Assembly: GCA_051362555.1 (NCBI GenBank) | Contig: CM120644.1 | Span: 3,108,954-3,172,953, forward strand | Reading direction: 5' to 3' | DNA: 64,000 nucleotides | DNA from: Lingula anatina | Lineage: Eukaryota; Animalia; Brachiopoda | Shown: in pieces, positions 52,401 to 64,000 of the stretch | Numbering within the stretch: the stretch's first letter is position 1 | Layout of the letters: each line of letters starts with the position of its first letter | Notes under the pieces: generated by a model | What the model saw: the letters and a program-made list of their open reading frames with translations, nothing else | Databases searched by the model: none | What the model was told of the DNA's origin: nothing | Made by a program: the position numbers and the translations under genes

Positions 52401-54263
52401 GTCACCAATTGTTTATTTTATCATTTGGTGAAAAAATTAGAGGTCTTTTCAAAGCAGGGACACTGAAAACCCAGGCAGCCAGTTCATAACCACCCCCTTT
52501 TCTCCTCACCTTCTCTTCTCCCCCCACCCCCCACCCCACCCCAAATGCAGCCCCTTTCTCACTTGAGGATTGACCCGCATTTTAATTTCCAAATAATGGC
52601 AACTATGCAAAAGTTGGGCTAAATTCCAGTCCATAGAAGCCCTAGTTTAAACAGGCATCAAAAGTGAACCAAGACTCAGGTGAACAGAACTGATTACTAG
52701 TAAAGATATAAATCTCAGGGTCTGGGCTCACCCCTCCCAGGTGTGTTTTGTGTGTGTTTAATGTTATGGACAGGTGAAACATGGTTAATCATGGGCTTCA
52801 GGCCAGCTATGGATATTTTTTTCACTATCCCTATTTTTGGTGTAGTTTTAGTTCAGATTTATAAAGACTTTTTTTCAGCAATTTTGCTAAAAGGATCCTG
52901 AGTCCCAGAGTACTTCACCAATTTTGAAAGCTTACATATTTTTTGTATATAATATGGGACCAAACAATTAATTGGCCCAGTATCTTGGGGAGAGGGCAGC
53001 TGAGGACACATTATAAGAAATTTATTTAAAATTGGGAATCTTCAAAATTTGTATTAATTATACTAGTATTGTGTACAGTGCAATGTTTTAAGTTCATAAG
53101 AAAAATAGTACAAAACCTTGTTAAATTCGTAATGCCTTCAGTTAGCAAGGATATATTTTTAGCTGAATCAGCTCCTGACTTAGAACAATAACCCCAGTCT
53201 CAAGGTTAATATCTTAAGACAGTGCCAGTCTGAGAGTTAGGATTTAATTCCAGACGAGTGGCATCACTTTCCTGGGAAACAACTAGAGTTTATGTCAACA
53301 GTGACATCTATAAGTTAGTTTGAGAGCAGTTTGGAAAAATATTAAGTAAATCTGTGAGTTATGATTATTGCTACAATGCTAAAACTAATTAATTATTAAT
53401 TATTTATTATTTATTTTTTATTAATTCAATTTTTGATATTATTTTCATTCATCTTATTTCAGTTTGTTTTCAGTTATCAAATATTTGTCTTTATGTTATT
53501 TATTTATTCTTTTTGTAAAATTGCTTGTACTAAAATAAGATTCTTTTATGTGAAATATGTATTGAATCCTTAAAGTAGACTAGTACTCGTACCTTTTGTA
53601 AACACAAGTGCAGGTCATGTCTTTGTGACTGTTTTTTGAGACCAAAGAACAACAAACTGAAAATTCAGTTAAATCACAAGGGTCTGTGCTGTCTGGTTAA
53701 AATAAGAATGATTTAAAGAGTATATTTAGGCGTTTGCTGTGACTTAAGGCTGGGGAAAAAGCTTGTATTATACATTGGAAACAAGAAGAGGAGTATTTAT
53801 CTGTTAAACTGATTGCAATCAACAAGAGCCCCATGTGGTATTGGATCGATCTACATAGACCAATAGTTCAGTGGGAATTAGCCCTAATGGTCATTACTCC
53901 CAAATGTAGATCACACGGCTAATACTCTGACCAAGCTGCTGCCCATTGCTAAATGCCAGAGGGGAAACACTACACCATGTAGAAACTGAGCACTTCAGTC
54001 CATTATCATATAAAACATCCTGCATAGTAGAGAAATACTACCAGTGCAGGAAGTCAGAGGCACATATCAAATACAGATGTGGGGGGAAATTTTGCAATCC
54101 TTTTTTGTCATTTGGTCATAGAGGACATTATTGACAGAAAAAAAATCTATAGTTTAGATGTTAAGGTAAGCTGACAGACAGAGTTCAGATACCTGGCTAA
54201 GGCTAGGTGGTCAGTAGGCATTTACTAGTATGAAGCAAGCATATCTCCGATCCAGCTGGTCTA

Positions 54264-54410
54264 GGGCCACATTCACAACAGTGGACTAACTAGTCCGAAG
54301 ATCAAATATGGCTGACACATGCTTGATTATGCTTGTTGCATAATCCCTGTGGGGAATCTATAAGTCAATGTCTGTAAAGGGATTGTCTTATTTGATTTGT
54401 GAATGCACCA
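54264..54410. mobile_element. Palindromic MITE family B, degenerate
   Basis: gggccacattcacaacagtggactaactag...gatcaaatatggc...atccctgtggggaatc resembles the other family B copies. Confidence 0.6.
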
Positions 54411-54590
54411 AAAGTTTCATGCAGAATATAGTATTACTAAGTCTAGGTAATTGGTCATATTGGGCATGTGGAGCATTTTTATCAATTGGGTGAAATCATT
54501 CAAAGATAAAACTTTTGAAGCTACTCCCACATCTTTAATAAATTTTGAATTCTTCAATATTCTAAACTTCATCTACTTTCAGGAACCAAC

Positions 54591-57500
54591 ATGGAAGTTT
54601 ATATATATGCAGTTGTTTGTGTGATTCTAATTGGATCAAGTTATGAACAGACACAGAGTAAGTCAAGTTTAATTTTTTTTGATAAGAAGGAAATTGCCAA
54701 ATTTGATCAAAACTTTATATTGAATGATGATAAATGATAAGAAATTCGCAAAAAAAAAAAAAAGGTATATTCTTGTCTACAGTAATTTAAATACATTTTG
54801 ACTGAAACATGCATTTAACTTTAAAAGCTGTTTCAGAAGTAGAGAATGTGTTCATGTTAAGTATACTATTAGCTATAAATATTTTCAAAGTTTCCACATG
54901 GAATTTGATGAGCCTTCTTGTATTTGTGGGAAGCATGCTATTAAAAATAAAAATTCTCACAACTGATACATTTGTCATTTGGACATTTGTTACTTGGAAT
55001 CACATGTTGTGTTTCTCGATCTCTAGAAAATGCCAAGGAGCTCCAGCTGAACCCTTGCCTTGGCCAACCAAACTGTGGCAGCTGTATTGGTGCGGGACCG
55101 CTGTGCGGATGGTGCTATCAGGCAGTAAGTCTTGGACTCTAGCCTCAGTTTCAGTATAACTTCTTTGTTTTCAAATTGCTTGCTCATTTGTCGCATTTTG
55201 ATTTCAGTGGCAATTGATTATGTTTGTTATGCAATTTGCAAATGTGAGTTGAGTCAGCCAACTAGTTCATATATCCTACAAGTCATGAAAGATTTCTGAT
55301 TGAGCATTTGTGATTGGCATGGTGAACTATAATCAGATTTTGTGTTGAATGTCAGAGTAGCTAATTATATAAGTGTGCGCATATGGAGGTTGGAAAATGG
55401 AGAACCTGTCACACATCGAACCTGAATCTCAAGGTTACTAGAAGTTTTGATGTGATAAAAAAAGAAATGAATAAATTATAAATAGAATTTTTGGAAGGAA
55501 ATAATCACCTTTTCATTCACTGTCATCAAAAGAAAGACATTTTACAGAATTATTGAACAAAAGTTGATGCGATACATTTTGGTGCAAAAAATAGTGCAAA
55601 AATATTATGATGTTAAATAAATTAAATAGTTTCAGCCAGCTCATATACACATCCCACTGATTATTTATTTGAAGACTAGATTCATTCTCTTTTCATCAGA
55701 AAAAGAGAATAATTTCCAGCATTTTTGTATGAAAAGAAAAAATCTTAATGACAAAAAAATGTGTGGGTCATTGCAAATTTTACACAGTCATGAATTCACC
55801 AATAATTATTTGACGCGAGGTTCATGCCAGTGCACTTAAAAAAAAAAATTAATCAGAACTCATATTCATCATGACTTTGTAAATATTTCAGTCATGAATG
55901 CCTGTGGTTTGGTTTTAGTATAGAAACGTGTCAGAAGTTATCTACATTTTGTTGAAACTGACAAAATAGCCATGTTCACTCAAACTTTGATGAACTATTT
56001 GACACTAGCATACCTTATTGTAATCGAACTGGTATTTGCACAGTAGCACTCCACAATATTAAGCATATATAGATCTTCACTTTTCCTAACATGCAAGTTG
56101 TGTGGGGAATACTTCATAAATGGTTTACAACTAAATTACAACAGGTAGCTTCTGCTGTATCATTTAGAGCTAGGACCCAACAAACTTATATGTATCCTAT
56201 CCAGGGTTTTTGCGATTTTCTTTGAGAAAAATTCATTACTTGACCTATTCAGTGTTTTATATTGTTTCTAATTACTGGGAATTTTAAATTAAAGTCAATT
56301 AAGATGAATATTATTGAGTAGCTTTGTGGGGTAGACATGAAAATATGACTTACAAGGGTCATTTTCAGATGTGTAGGCATTACCTTTAACTTGTCTGATA
56401 GACTTTATTTAGAGTCGAGCAGATTTTGAACCTACTGTGAACATGACCTGTTATTCATTTGCCATGGAAAAAAAAAAAAGAAATGTTTTGGTTTTAGGGA
56501 TGTGTTGGGGTGAATGAGTCAGGTTATTCACCGAGTGTGGAGAACTGATAACAACATCAGCACAGAGTAATATAGAAACAGTTGCATTTTGGTTTTGCTT
56601 GTATTTGGGTTGCTGCTTGAGCTGAATCAAAAATTTACTTCCTATTTTGCACTTGTTACATTATTTTATTAAATGATTGAAGAAAAGATTTGAACTGAAA
56701 TATTTAAAGATAACTAGAATAAAATAAGATATATTGATGAAATGAATGAATTTTTGTCTTAAAGATTTCACTCAAATTATGTAAGGCAAATTTGAATTTA
56801 GTTAGAAATATTATTTTCAGTTGCACTCAAACAAGAAAATACTTGTTAAAGAAAACGTGGGATCCAGTCAAAAGTTCACCATGTTAACTGTTCTTGGTGT
56901 TTCGCACCTTTTTTTTGGCAGCTTCTTCCTGTATGAAATATTGAAAAATGAATTTAAAGCAGATGTGTGGTCCTATCAAATCATACAAGTTTCTCTTAAA
57001 TTAATCGACATGAAAAAGTGCCTTTTCTCCCAAAATGATTTTCTGTGGGTAATGCATGTCGTTAAGTTGAAAGTTAATCTTAAGCATGTTGTGAGTTACT
57101 TTCTTGCTTACGGTCTTTCTTAAGAAAATACAGGCAATTTTGTTATTCAATTATCAGATGAAGTGTGGAAAGAAAAAGACAAAACAGTAGCACTAGTTTG
57201 CAATATTTTAAAGTTATTTTACAAAGTTACTAGTATGCTTGATATCACTTACTGGTTTCTACATAATTTGAAAGTCCATTATGAGTTTATTCTGTTATAT
57301 TAATCAGTGTTTCTCAGGTTTAAGCATAGTTTAAGATAAATTTTAGGAATTTCCAGGTTAAAGTATTAGGTTGAGACATTTGGTTTACTTAAAGGGATAA
57401 TAACTCTTCGTATGAGATCTATACATCACAATAAAAACATTGTGAATAACTCATAGAAATATAATATTTTCTGTTTTACCACAAAAACGGCGGTTATAGC

Positions 57501-60500
57501 TATTTTTTCTGATATCTGAACTTGTCTTCAGACCACGTGACCTCTATTGATGGCTATACTCTGTTAAAATCTCTTAAGAGATTTTAACCAAAAGACAAAC
57601 TTTTTAGAAAAAAACCAGGGACTAACTTTGAATGTAAAAATGTATTCATTAACCATTGGTTAGTATGGGAAAATTGTTGTTTACTCCAGGAAAATTCATT
57701 TTTGGCCGAAATGAAGAGTTATTATCACTTTAATAATTTAGAAATTCAGGCAACAGGCCCATGTTTCTCTTTCACAAACTCATATGAATAGTGTGTCTGC
57801 AGGCTTTGAGGTATAATATTCAGTAACAAATTAGGCTACTGTGCAAACATATGTACTGTACTACACTTCCCAGCTGTCTGGGGATTTCAAATGCTAAAAT
57901 CCTACACTGGGAGCCATGTTTCCTCTGCCATGCTTGATTTGTTAAAAAAAAAGGAAACAAATCAACCATATTCTGCTGAAATGTATCAAGTGTGGTATGG
58001 CATAATTAATTTTGACGTAATTCTTTAGATTGAAAGTATAAACATTTTGTAATTTTTCAGGGCTGGGAGGAGAAACAGAGTTCCAGATGTGACAAAATTG
58101 ACAATCTCATCCACTATGGCTGTGATATGACCTTCATCGTCAGCCCAGATAATGTGGTCGACTATATTCAGGTTAGTTTTTTTTTCCAATTTTTTTCCAT
58201 GTTGACACTGTATGTGTCTGCATTTTTTCTGACCTTGTGTCTGTTTGTGTTGTTGGGCACCCTAGAACTGCCAAACTGGTTTTGAGAATTGATTGGAATA
58301 ATTGTCGCTTGGCCCTCACAATTATTATTATTATCATTATTATTATTATTATTATTGCTTTAATGATTTCACAGTCAGATTTATTTATTTCAGAATCAAC
58401 CCCCCAAGGATCAAGACGAGGCTGGTCCTCCTATACAACTTTCCCCACAAGTCATGAATCTCGTCCTCAGACCAAGTTAGTATTCATCAGTGTGGACGCA
58501 GAGTCCACTGCAGCAGTAACACTGACCTGCACACATTTTGGCCACTGCAGTTACAAAGATGAAAAGTGTCCAGTGTCCCATGTTAACTCTGTGCCACACA
58601 AGTTTTTATTTTTGCCCAAATCCTCTTCATTGTAATTGGAGAGAAAAAAATATATTCTTATGTTTGTTTTTATATAAATGTCATTTTTTAAAACCAATTA
58701 TTTGTAGACAAACCGGTGACATTTGAGCTTACGTTCCGACTGGCAGAAGATTACCCCGTGGATTTGTATTATTTGATGGACCTGTCTCAGTCTATGAAGA
58801 ATGATAAAGACAAGCTGGCAGCGTTAGGAAACCAAATATGTAAGTACAGTAGCTTTTATATGTGTTTTTTTTTTCCTGGCTCAGTTTCAATTAGTTAAAG
58901 CTGTACATAATTTTCAATGCAAACAAAATGGGGAAGATTGTTAAGTGTGGGGAGGGGGAGGGCTCAGGGAACGAATGTTTTGTCTCTCTTTGCTCAGAAA
59001 AGTTTACTACACTAAAAAAGGAGAATTTCACTTTAAATTTTTGCCATTTTCCCTCTTTTTGGGGGTGAGTTGGGGAGGGGTAAAGAGAGAAAGATAATGG
59101 GGTGCAAACATTCTTCGTTTGCCCCCCCCCCCTTCCTTTGCAATGCCTTCAATAGAATCTAGTAATCAATATTAAAGAAATCTAGGAGTAATCTAAAGTG
59201 AAAGAGTAATAACTTACAGTCAGGGGTGGATTCAGAGTTATTTTCTGTCAGTCTTCCAAATTATCTTTGTTGATTCATCCTCCTTTTTTGACCGTCTTCC
59301 GTCAATCCGCCCCTGACAGTTACTGTACACAAAGCAAAATGAGTTACTAGGAGACCCCTGATATAGTTAAAATCTTCCTACTTAATTATAATAATATTTA
59401 GATAATTATGTTTTTCTATTTCAGCTGACCGTATGAGCAACATCACAAAAAACTTCCGTCTAGGGTTTGGATCATTTGTAGACAAAGTCACCATGCCCTG
59501 GATTAGCACTGTGCCAGCAAAGTAAGATTTGAAGTGGTGATGTCAAATTACATATTGCAGGTCCCAGGGCTTGCTGAAATCTAGGTGTATTACATTGCAG
59601 GCCCTGCCCAGATATTGCAGACCCGAATATTTTTCTGAAACAATCATTCACTGGTATTGGGGCCATTGTCCATTTGCTAAATATTCTGTTGAATATAACT
59701 GTTGAATGGGGGGTTAAAAAATAATAATGAAAAAAAATTCAGGAAGTGTACTAATTGACAAAACATTATGCTCATGTGGTAGTGGGGAGTTGAAAGTTAT
59801 AAGGGGTCAGGGGCGGATCCAGAGATGTTTTCTTACAGTCTTCCAAATTGTCTTTTAGGCCATTCACATTAGAACGTTAACCGCGGTCGAGTTTACTCCG
59901 ATTAAACCGCGGTCAACCAAACCGCGTCCATACTGCGTTCACACTAACACCGGCAGCGATCAGTAGCGGTAGAATCTCAGCAAGCGTACTTCCTGTCAAG
60001 CATGCGCTCTTACTAGAATCTGTGCAAATTGGCAAGAGCTCAAGTGACGATACATTTGTGCGCATGCGCTTCATATGTAGACATCCGGTCTTGACTGTGG
60101 TCAGGAGTTTACTCCAATTATACCCACCTCCCAATCTGGGTTTATTTCGACCGCGGTCAGGGCTACTTCGTCCTTTCACATTAGAAAAGTTAACCGCGAT
60201 AGGACCAAGGTCAGGCCTTGACTGCGGTTAAAAGTGCTAGTGTAAATGGGGTATTTGTTGATCCATCCTCCGTTTCTGACCGTCTTCTGACAGAAAATAT
60301 TAGATACCCGTCAATGTAAACTTGAAAATCTGACCGTCTTCCGGAAGACCCAGAAGACAGCCTATATCCGCCCCTGGAGGTCCATTTGAGTTAACAAATG
60401 CACAGATTTCATCATAACTGCCAGCAGGACTTCCTTGTTGCTTGGCATTTGGCCAGAAGTTATCAGGAATTGCCATAACTGAGATTTATGAATTGGATTT

Positions 60501-60687
60501 CTTGGCAGATCAAAAATATTCCAGATTTATAAGATATGAGAAATCATTATATCAGTATTGTTATGCTTTTCCAGGCTCATTTCTCCATGTGATGGATGTG
60601 CTGCCCCCTATGGGTTTAAAAACCAACTACCCTTGACTGTGAATACTTCCCTGTTTGCTGTAAGTACTCTGTTATTTGATAAAGAGT

Positions 60688-60745
<58 letters not shown>

Positions 60746-63700
60746 CAAAACAGGCAGTTAATCATGGATATCATATCATGCTTTTGTAAAAATCAGAGAC
60801 AACTTTTTCTGACACAATCTACAATGAATTTTGATTTTCTTCTGAAGTTGCCATCTGTTTTGGTATATAGAAAACCCATCATTCTTTAAGAGAGCATGTA
60901 AATATTATATTATATTATTTCTGTCTTCCAGGGTGAGGTACAGAGGGCTCCAGTATCTGGTAACCTGTATATATTATATTATTTCTGTCTTCCAGGGTGA
61001 GGTACAGAGAGCTCCAGTATCTGGTAACCTGTATATATTATATTATTACTCTGTTCCAGGGTGAGGTACAGAGAGCTCCAGTATCTGGTAACCTGTATAT
61101 ATTATATTATTTCTCTGTTCCAGGGTGAGGTACAGAGAGCTCCAGTATCTGGTAACCTGTATATATTATATTATTTCTCTGTTCCAGGGTGAGGTACAGA
61201 GAGCTCCAGTATCTGGTAACCTGTATATATTATATTATTTCTTTCTTCCAGGGTGAGGTACAGAGAGCTCCAGTATCTGGTAACCTGTATATATTATATT
61301 ATTTCTATGTTCCAGGGTGAGGTACAGAGAGCTCCAGTATCTGGTAACCTGTATATATTATATTATTCTTCTGTTCCAGGGTGAGGTACAGAGGGCTCCA
61401 GTATCTGGTAACCTGTATATATTATATTATTTCTGTCTTCCAGGGTGAGGTACAGAGAGCTCCAGTATCTGGTAACCTGTATATATTATATTATTTCTCT
61501 GTTCCAGGGTGAGGTACAGAGAGCTCCAGTATCTGGTAACCTGTATATATTATATTATTTCTGTCTTCCAGGGTGAGGTACAGAGAGCTCCAGTATCTGG
61601 TAACCTGTATATATTATATTATTACTCTGTTCCAGGGTGAGGTACAGAGAGCTCCAGTATCTGGTAACCTGTATATATTATATTATATTATTTCTCTGTT
61701 CCAGGGTGAGGTACAGAGAGCTCCAGTATCTGGTAACCTGTATATATTATATTATTTCTGTCTTTCAGGGTGAGGTACAGAGAGCTCCAGTATCTGGTAA
61801 CCTGTATATATTATATTATTTCTCTGTTCCAGGGTGAGGTACAGAGAGCTCCAGTATCTGGTAACCTGTATATATTATAATATTTCTCTGTTGCAGGGTG
61901 AGGTACAGAGAGCTCCAGTATCTGGTAACCTGTATATATTATATTATTTCTCTGCTCCAGGGTGAGGTACAGAGAGCTCCAGTATCTGGTAACCTGTATA
62001 TATTATATTATTTCTCTGTTCCAGGGTGAGGTACAGAGAGCTCCAGTATCTGGTAACCTGTATATATTATATTATTTCTCTGTTCCAGGGTGAGGTACAG
62101 AGAGCTCCAGTATCTGGTAACCTGTATATATTATATTATTTCTATGTTCCAGGGTGAGGTACAGAGAGCTCCAGTATCTGGTAACCTGTATATATTATAT
62201 TATTTCTCTGTTCCAGGGTGAGGTACAGAGAGCTCCAGTATCTGGTAACCTGTATATATTATATTATTTCTCTGTTCCAGGGTGAGGTACAGAGAGCTCC
62301 AGTATCTGGTAACCTGTATATATTATATTATTTCTCTGTTCCAGGGTGAGGTACAGAGAGCTCCAGTATCTGGTAATCTGTATATATTATATTATTTCTG
62401 TCTTGCAGGGTGAGCTACAGAGGGCATTAGTATCTGGTAACCTGTATATATTATATTATTTCTCTCTTTCAGGGTGAGGTACAGAGAGCTCCAGTATCTG
62501 GTAACTTGGATTCTCCAGAAGGAGGCTTCGATGCCATCATGCAGGCCACAGTGTGCAAGGTTGGTGTACTCCCTACATTGGTATAATTGAGCTTTCAATA
62601 TGTAATGCTGTATTACGATATATGATGCATGATTTCATGACTTATAACAGCAACCAAATGTGATAATGCAGTTTTAATGACCCACTTTCATCTCTGGTAA
62701 ATTACATGGTCTAATGCATGTGCACGCTGTCTACAAGCTCATGGTCCAGTTTTACCTGTAAGTTGTCTTGATATTAAAGCATGTTGTATTATATCGTGTT
62801 CTAGGAGCAGATCGGGTGGAGAGACCAGTCCAGGAAGATGTTGTTGTTTTCTACAGATGCTACCTTCCACTATGCTGGGGATGGAAAGGTATTATGGACG
62901 TTCTTGTATTGGGGATATTTTTGGTTATTATGTTACAGGTCTTTAAAATGTTGTGTGACATCTTAAATTCTTTGGATTCTGTGTTATGAAAATGTGTGTT
63001 ACTGGATGGAAATTAACAAATTAAATGACTATGAATATTATTGTGCACCATTCAAGTTGAGAGAAAGAAAATCTGGTACCTCCTTACTGCTTACTGCTAA
63101 ATATTATGACTGACTTAACTTAGTGAACAGAGTGTGCCATCTACAGTGGAAAACAGCCTGTTCTCTCAGTATGTTCAGTCTTTTTTAGCCAAAAAAAGTG
63201 TCAGATAATATTTCTTGCAACAAGTGAAATGTTTTTGTTTTAGAAAGATTTACATTTATTTTACAAATTTTAGAAAAGTTACATAATCTTGAAAGGTTGC
63301 TTCCAGTGCCCGAGATTGAAATAGATTAAGATTCTGATTTAGTGGTTATAAGTTGTTTTAATGTGTGTTTTAAGAGGTCTATTTCTCCGTATTCCAGCTA
63401 GGAGGTATTGTCACCCCCAATGATGGCCAGTGTCACCTTGATGGCACGGGGACATACACTCACAGCACTCTCTTGGTAAGACACAGCTTTGATACTGATT
63501 TTGAAGTTGAAACCTTGTTAGAATAATTGCCAGTTTTGCCAATTACATCTCAGTGGAGAGCAATCAGACAAAGCTGCAACAAAAGTTGGCTCTTGGAATT
63601 ATCATTCACAATTACCCTTATCCAGTTATTGTCACAGTGACTGCAATAACTGTTAAGCTAAGTTGCCATTTTGCTTTTCATGTTTGTTAACCATGTCACG

Positions 63701-63898
63701 CGACATTTCTAGGATTACCCATCCATCAGTCAGATACGCAGCAAGCTATCAGAGAACAAGATGAACCTGATATTTGCCGTCACAGCTGAGCAGAAAGCAA
63801 TCTACGAAAAACTAAGTGATCTCATTGAGGGTTCCAGCACAGGAGAACTGGCGGATGATTCCAGCAATATTGTGGATCTTATTCAGCGGAATTATGAT
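54591..63898 (+). CDS. Integrin beta subunit (beta1/betaPS-like), 5' part; continues beyond the window
   Basis: Exons 54591-54657, 55027-55124, 58061-58171, 58394-58475, 58708-58839, 59425-59521, 60575-60659, 62473-62559, 62805-62888, 63398-63475, 63713-63898. Signal peptide, PSI ([14 protein letters not shown]), beta[81 protein letters not shown]. Confidence 0.97.
57393..57729. mobile_element. MITE with TTAA TSD (Kolobok-like)
   Basis: ttaa|agggataataactcttc ... gaagagttattatcact|ttaa. Confidence 0.8.
59221..59315 (+). mobile_element. Short CAG...CTG TIR MITE, 5-bp TSD acagt
   Basis: acagt|caggggtggattc ... aatccgcccctg|acagt. Confidence 0.75.
59808..60376 (+). mobile_element. Same CAG...CTG MITE family, interrupted by a nested ~398-bp element
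   Basis: caggggcggatcc...cagtcttccaaattgtcttt [insert] tttgttgatccatcctcc...gaccgtcttc...atccgcccctg, colinear with 59221-59315. Confidence 0.8.
59856..60253. mobile_element. Nested TIR element rich in aaccgcggt palindromes
   Basis: Imperfect TIR taggccattcacattag / ctagtgtaaatggggta; boundaries defined by the empty-site copy. Confidence 0.75.
60689..60742. repeat. (AG)n microsatellite
   Basis: About 27 ag units just after an integrin beta donor site. Confidence 0.95.
60896..62505 (+). repeat. 64-bp tandem array (25 copies) spanning the 3' splice site and start of an integrin beta exon
   Basis: Unit tgtatatattatattatttctctgttccag|GGTGAGGTACAGAGAGCTCCAGTATCTGGTAACC; exon-start copies at 60932, 60996, ... 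62409, and the true exon at 62473 (one unit is 69 bp). Confidence 0.97.
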
Positions 63899-64000
63899 GT
63901 AAGATAATTTACTTTTATTATTCTATTTTATTACTTTGCTTGGCCTTATGCTGCTATGAATAATGCTTGCTGGTGAGTTTTCCAGAAAAATAATTTCAGT

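Noticed and set aside
60926-60945. Recursive (zero-length exon) splice sites in the array, cag-G-gtgagg
   Set aside because: A true ratchet point needs AG immediately followed by GT; here one G intervenes, giving a 1-nt frameshifting exon.
60896-62505. CRISPR-like appearance of the regular 64-bp array
   Set aside because: No unique spacers, eukaryotic intron context, no cas genes; the units are copies of an exon boundary.

Overview
AT-rich, intron-dense genomic DNA from an animal, probably a marine lophotrochozoan-type invertebrate (inferred from gene structure and repeat content). Six spliced protein-coding genes were reconstructed by hand from GT-AG boundaries and recognisable protein motifs: the first coding exon of an integrin alpha (-), a 3-exon quiver/Ly6-like GPI-anchored protein (+), an 8-exon TM + ankyrin-repeat protein (-), DDX23/Prp28 (-, 16 coding exons), BBS5 (+, 10 exons, head-to-head with DDX23) and the 5' part of an integrin beta (+, 11 coding exons, running off the window). 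Non-coding DNA holds a ~4-kb Helentron/HINE-like element with a 146-bp tandem array, several MITE families and microsatellites. The most striking feature is a 25-copy, 64-bp tandem array in the integrin beta gene that amplifies the splice acceptor and first ~11 codons of a betaI-domain exon; only the last copy continues in frame. A candidate in-frame 30-nt cassette exon lies in BBS5 intron 5. All coordinates are hand-derived; no database searches were run.
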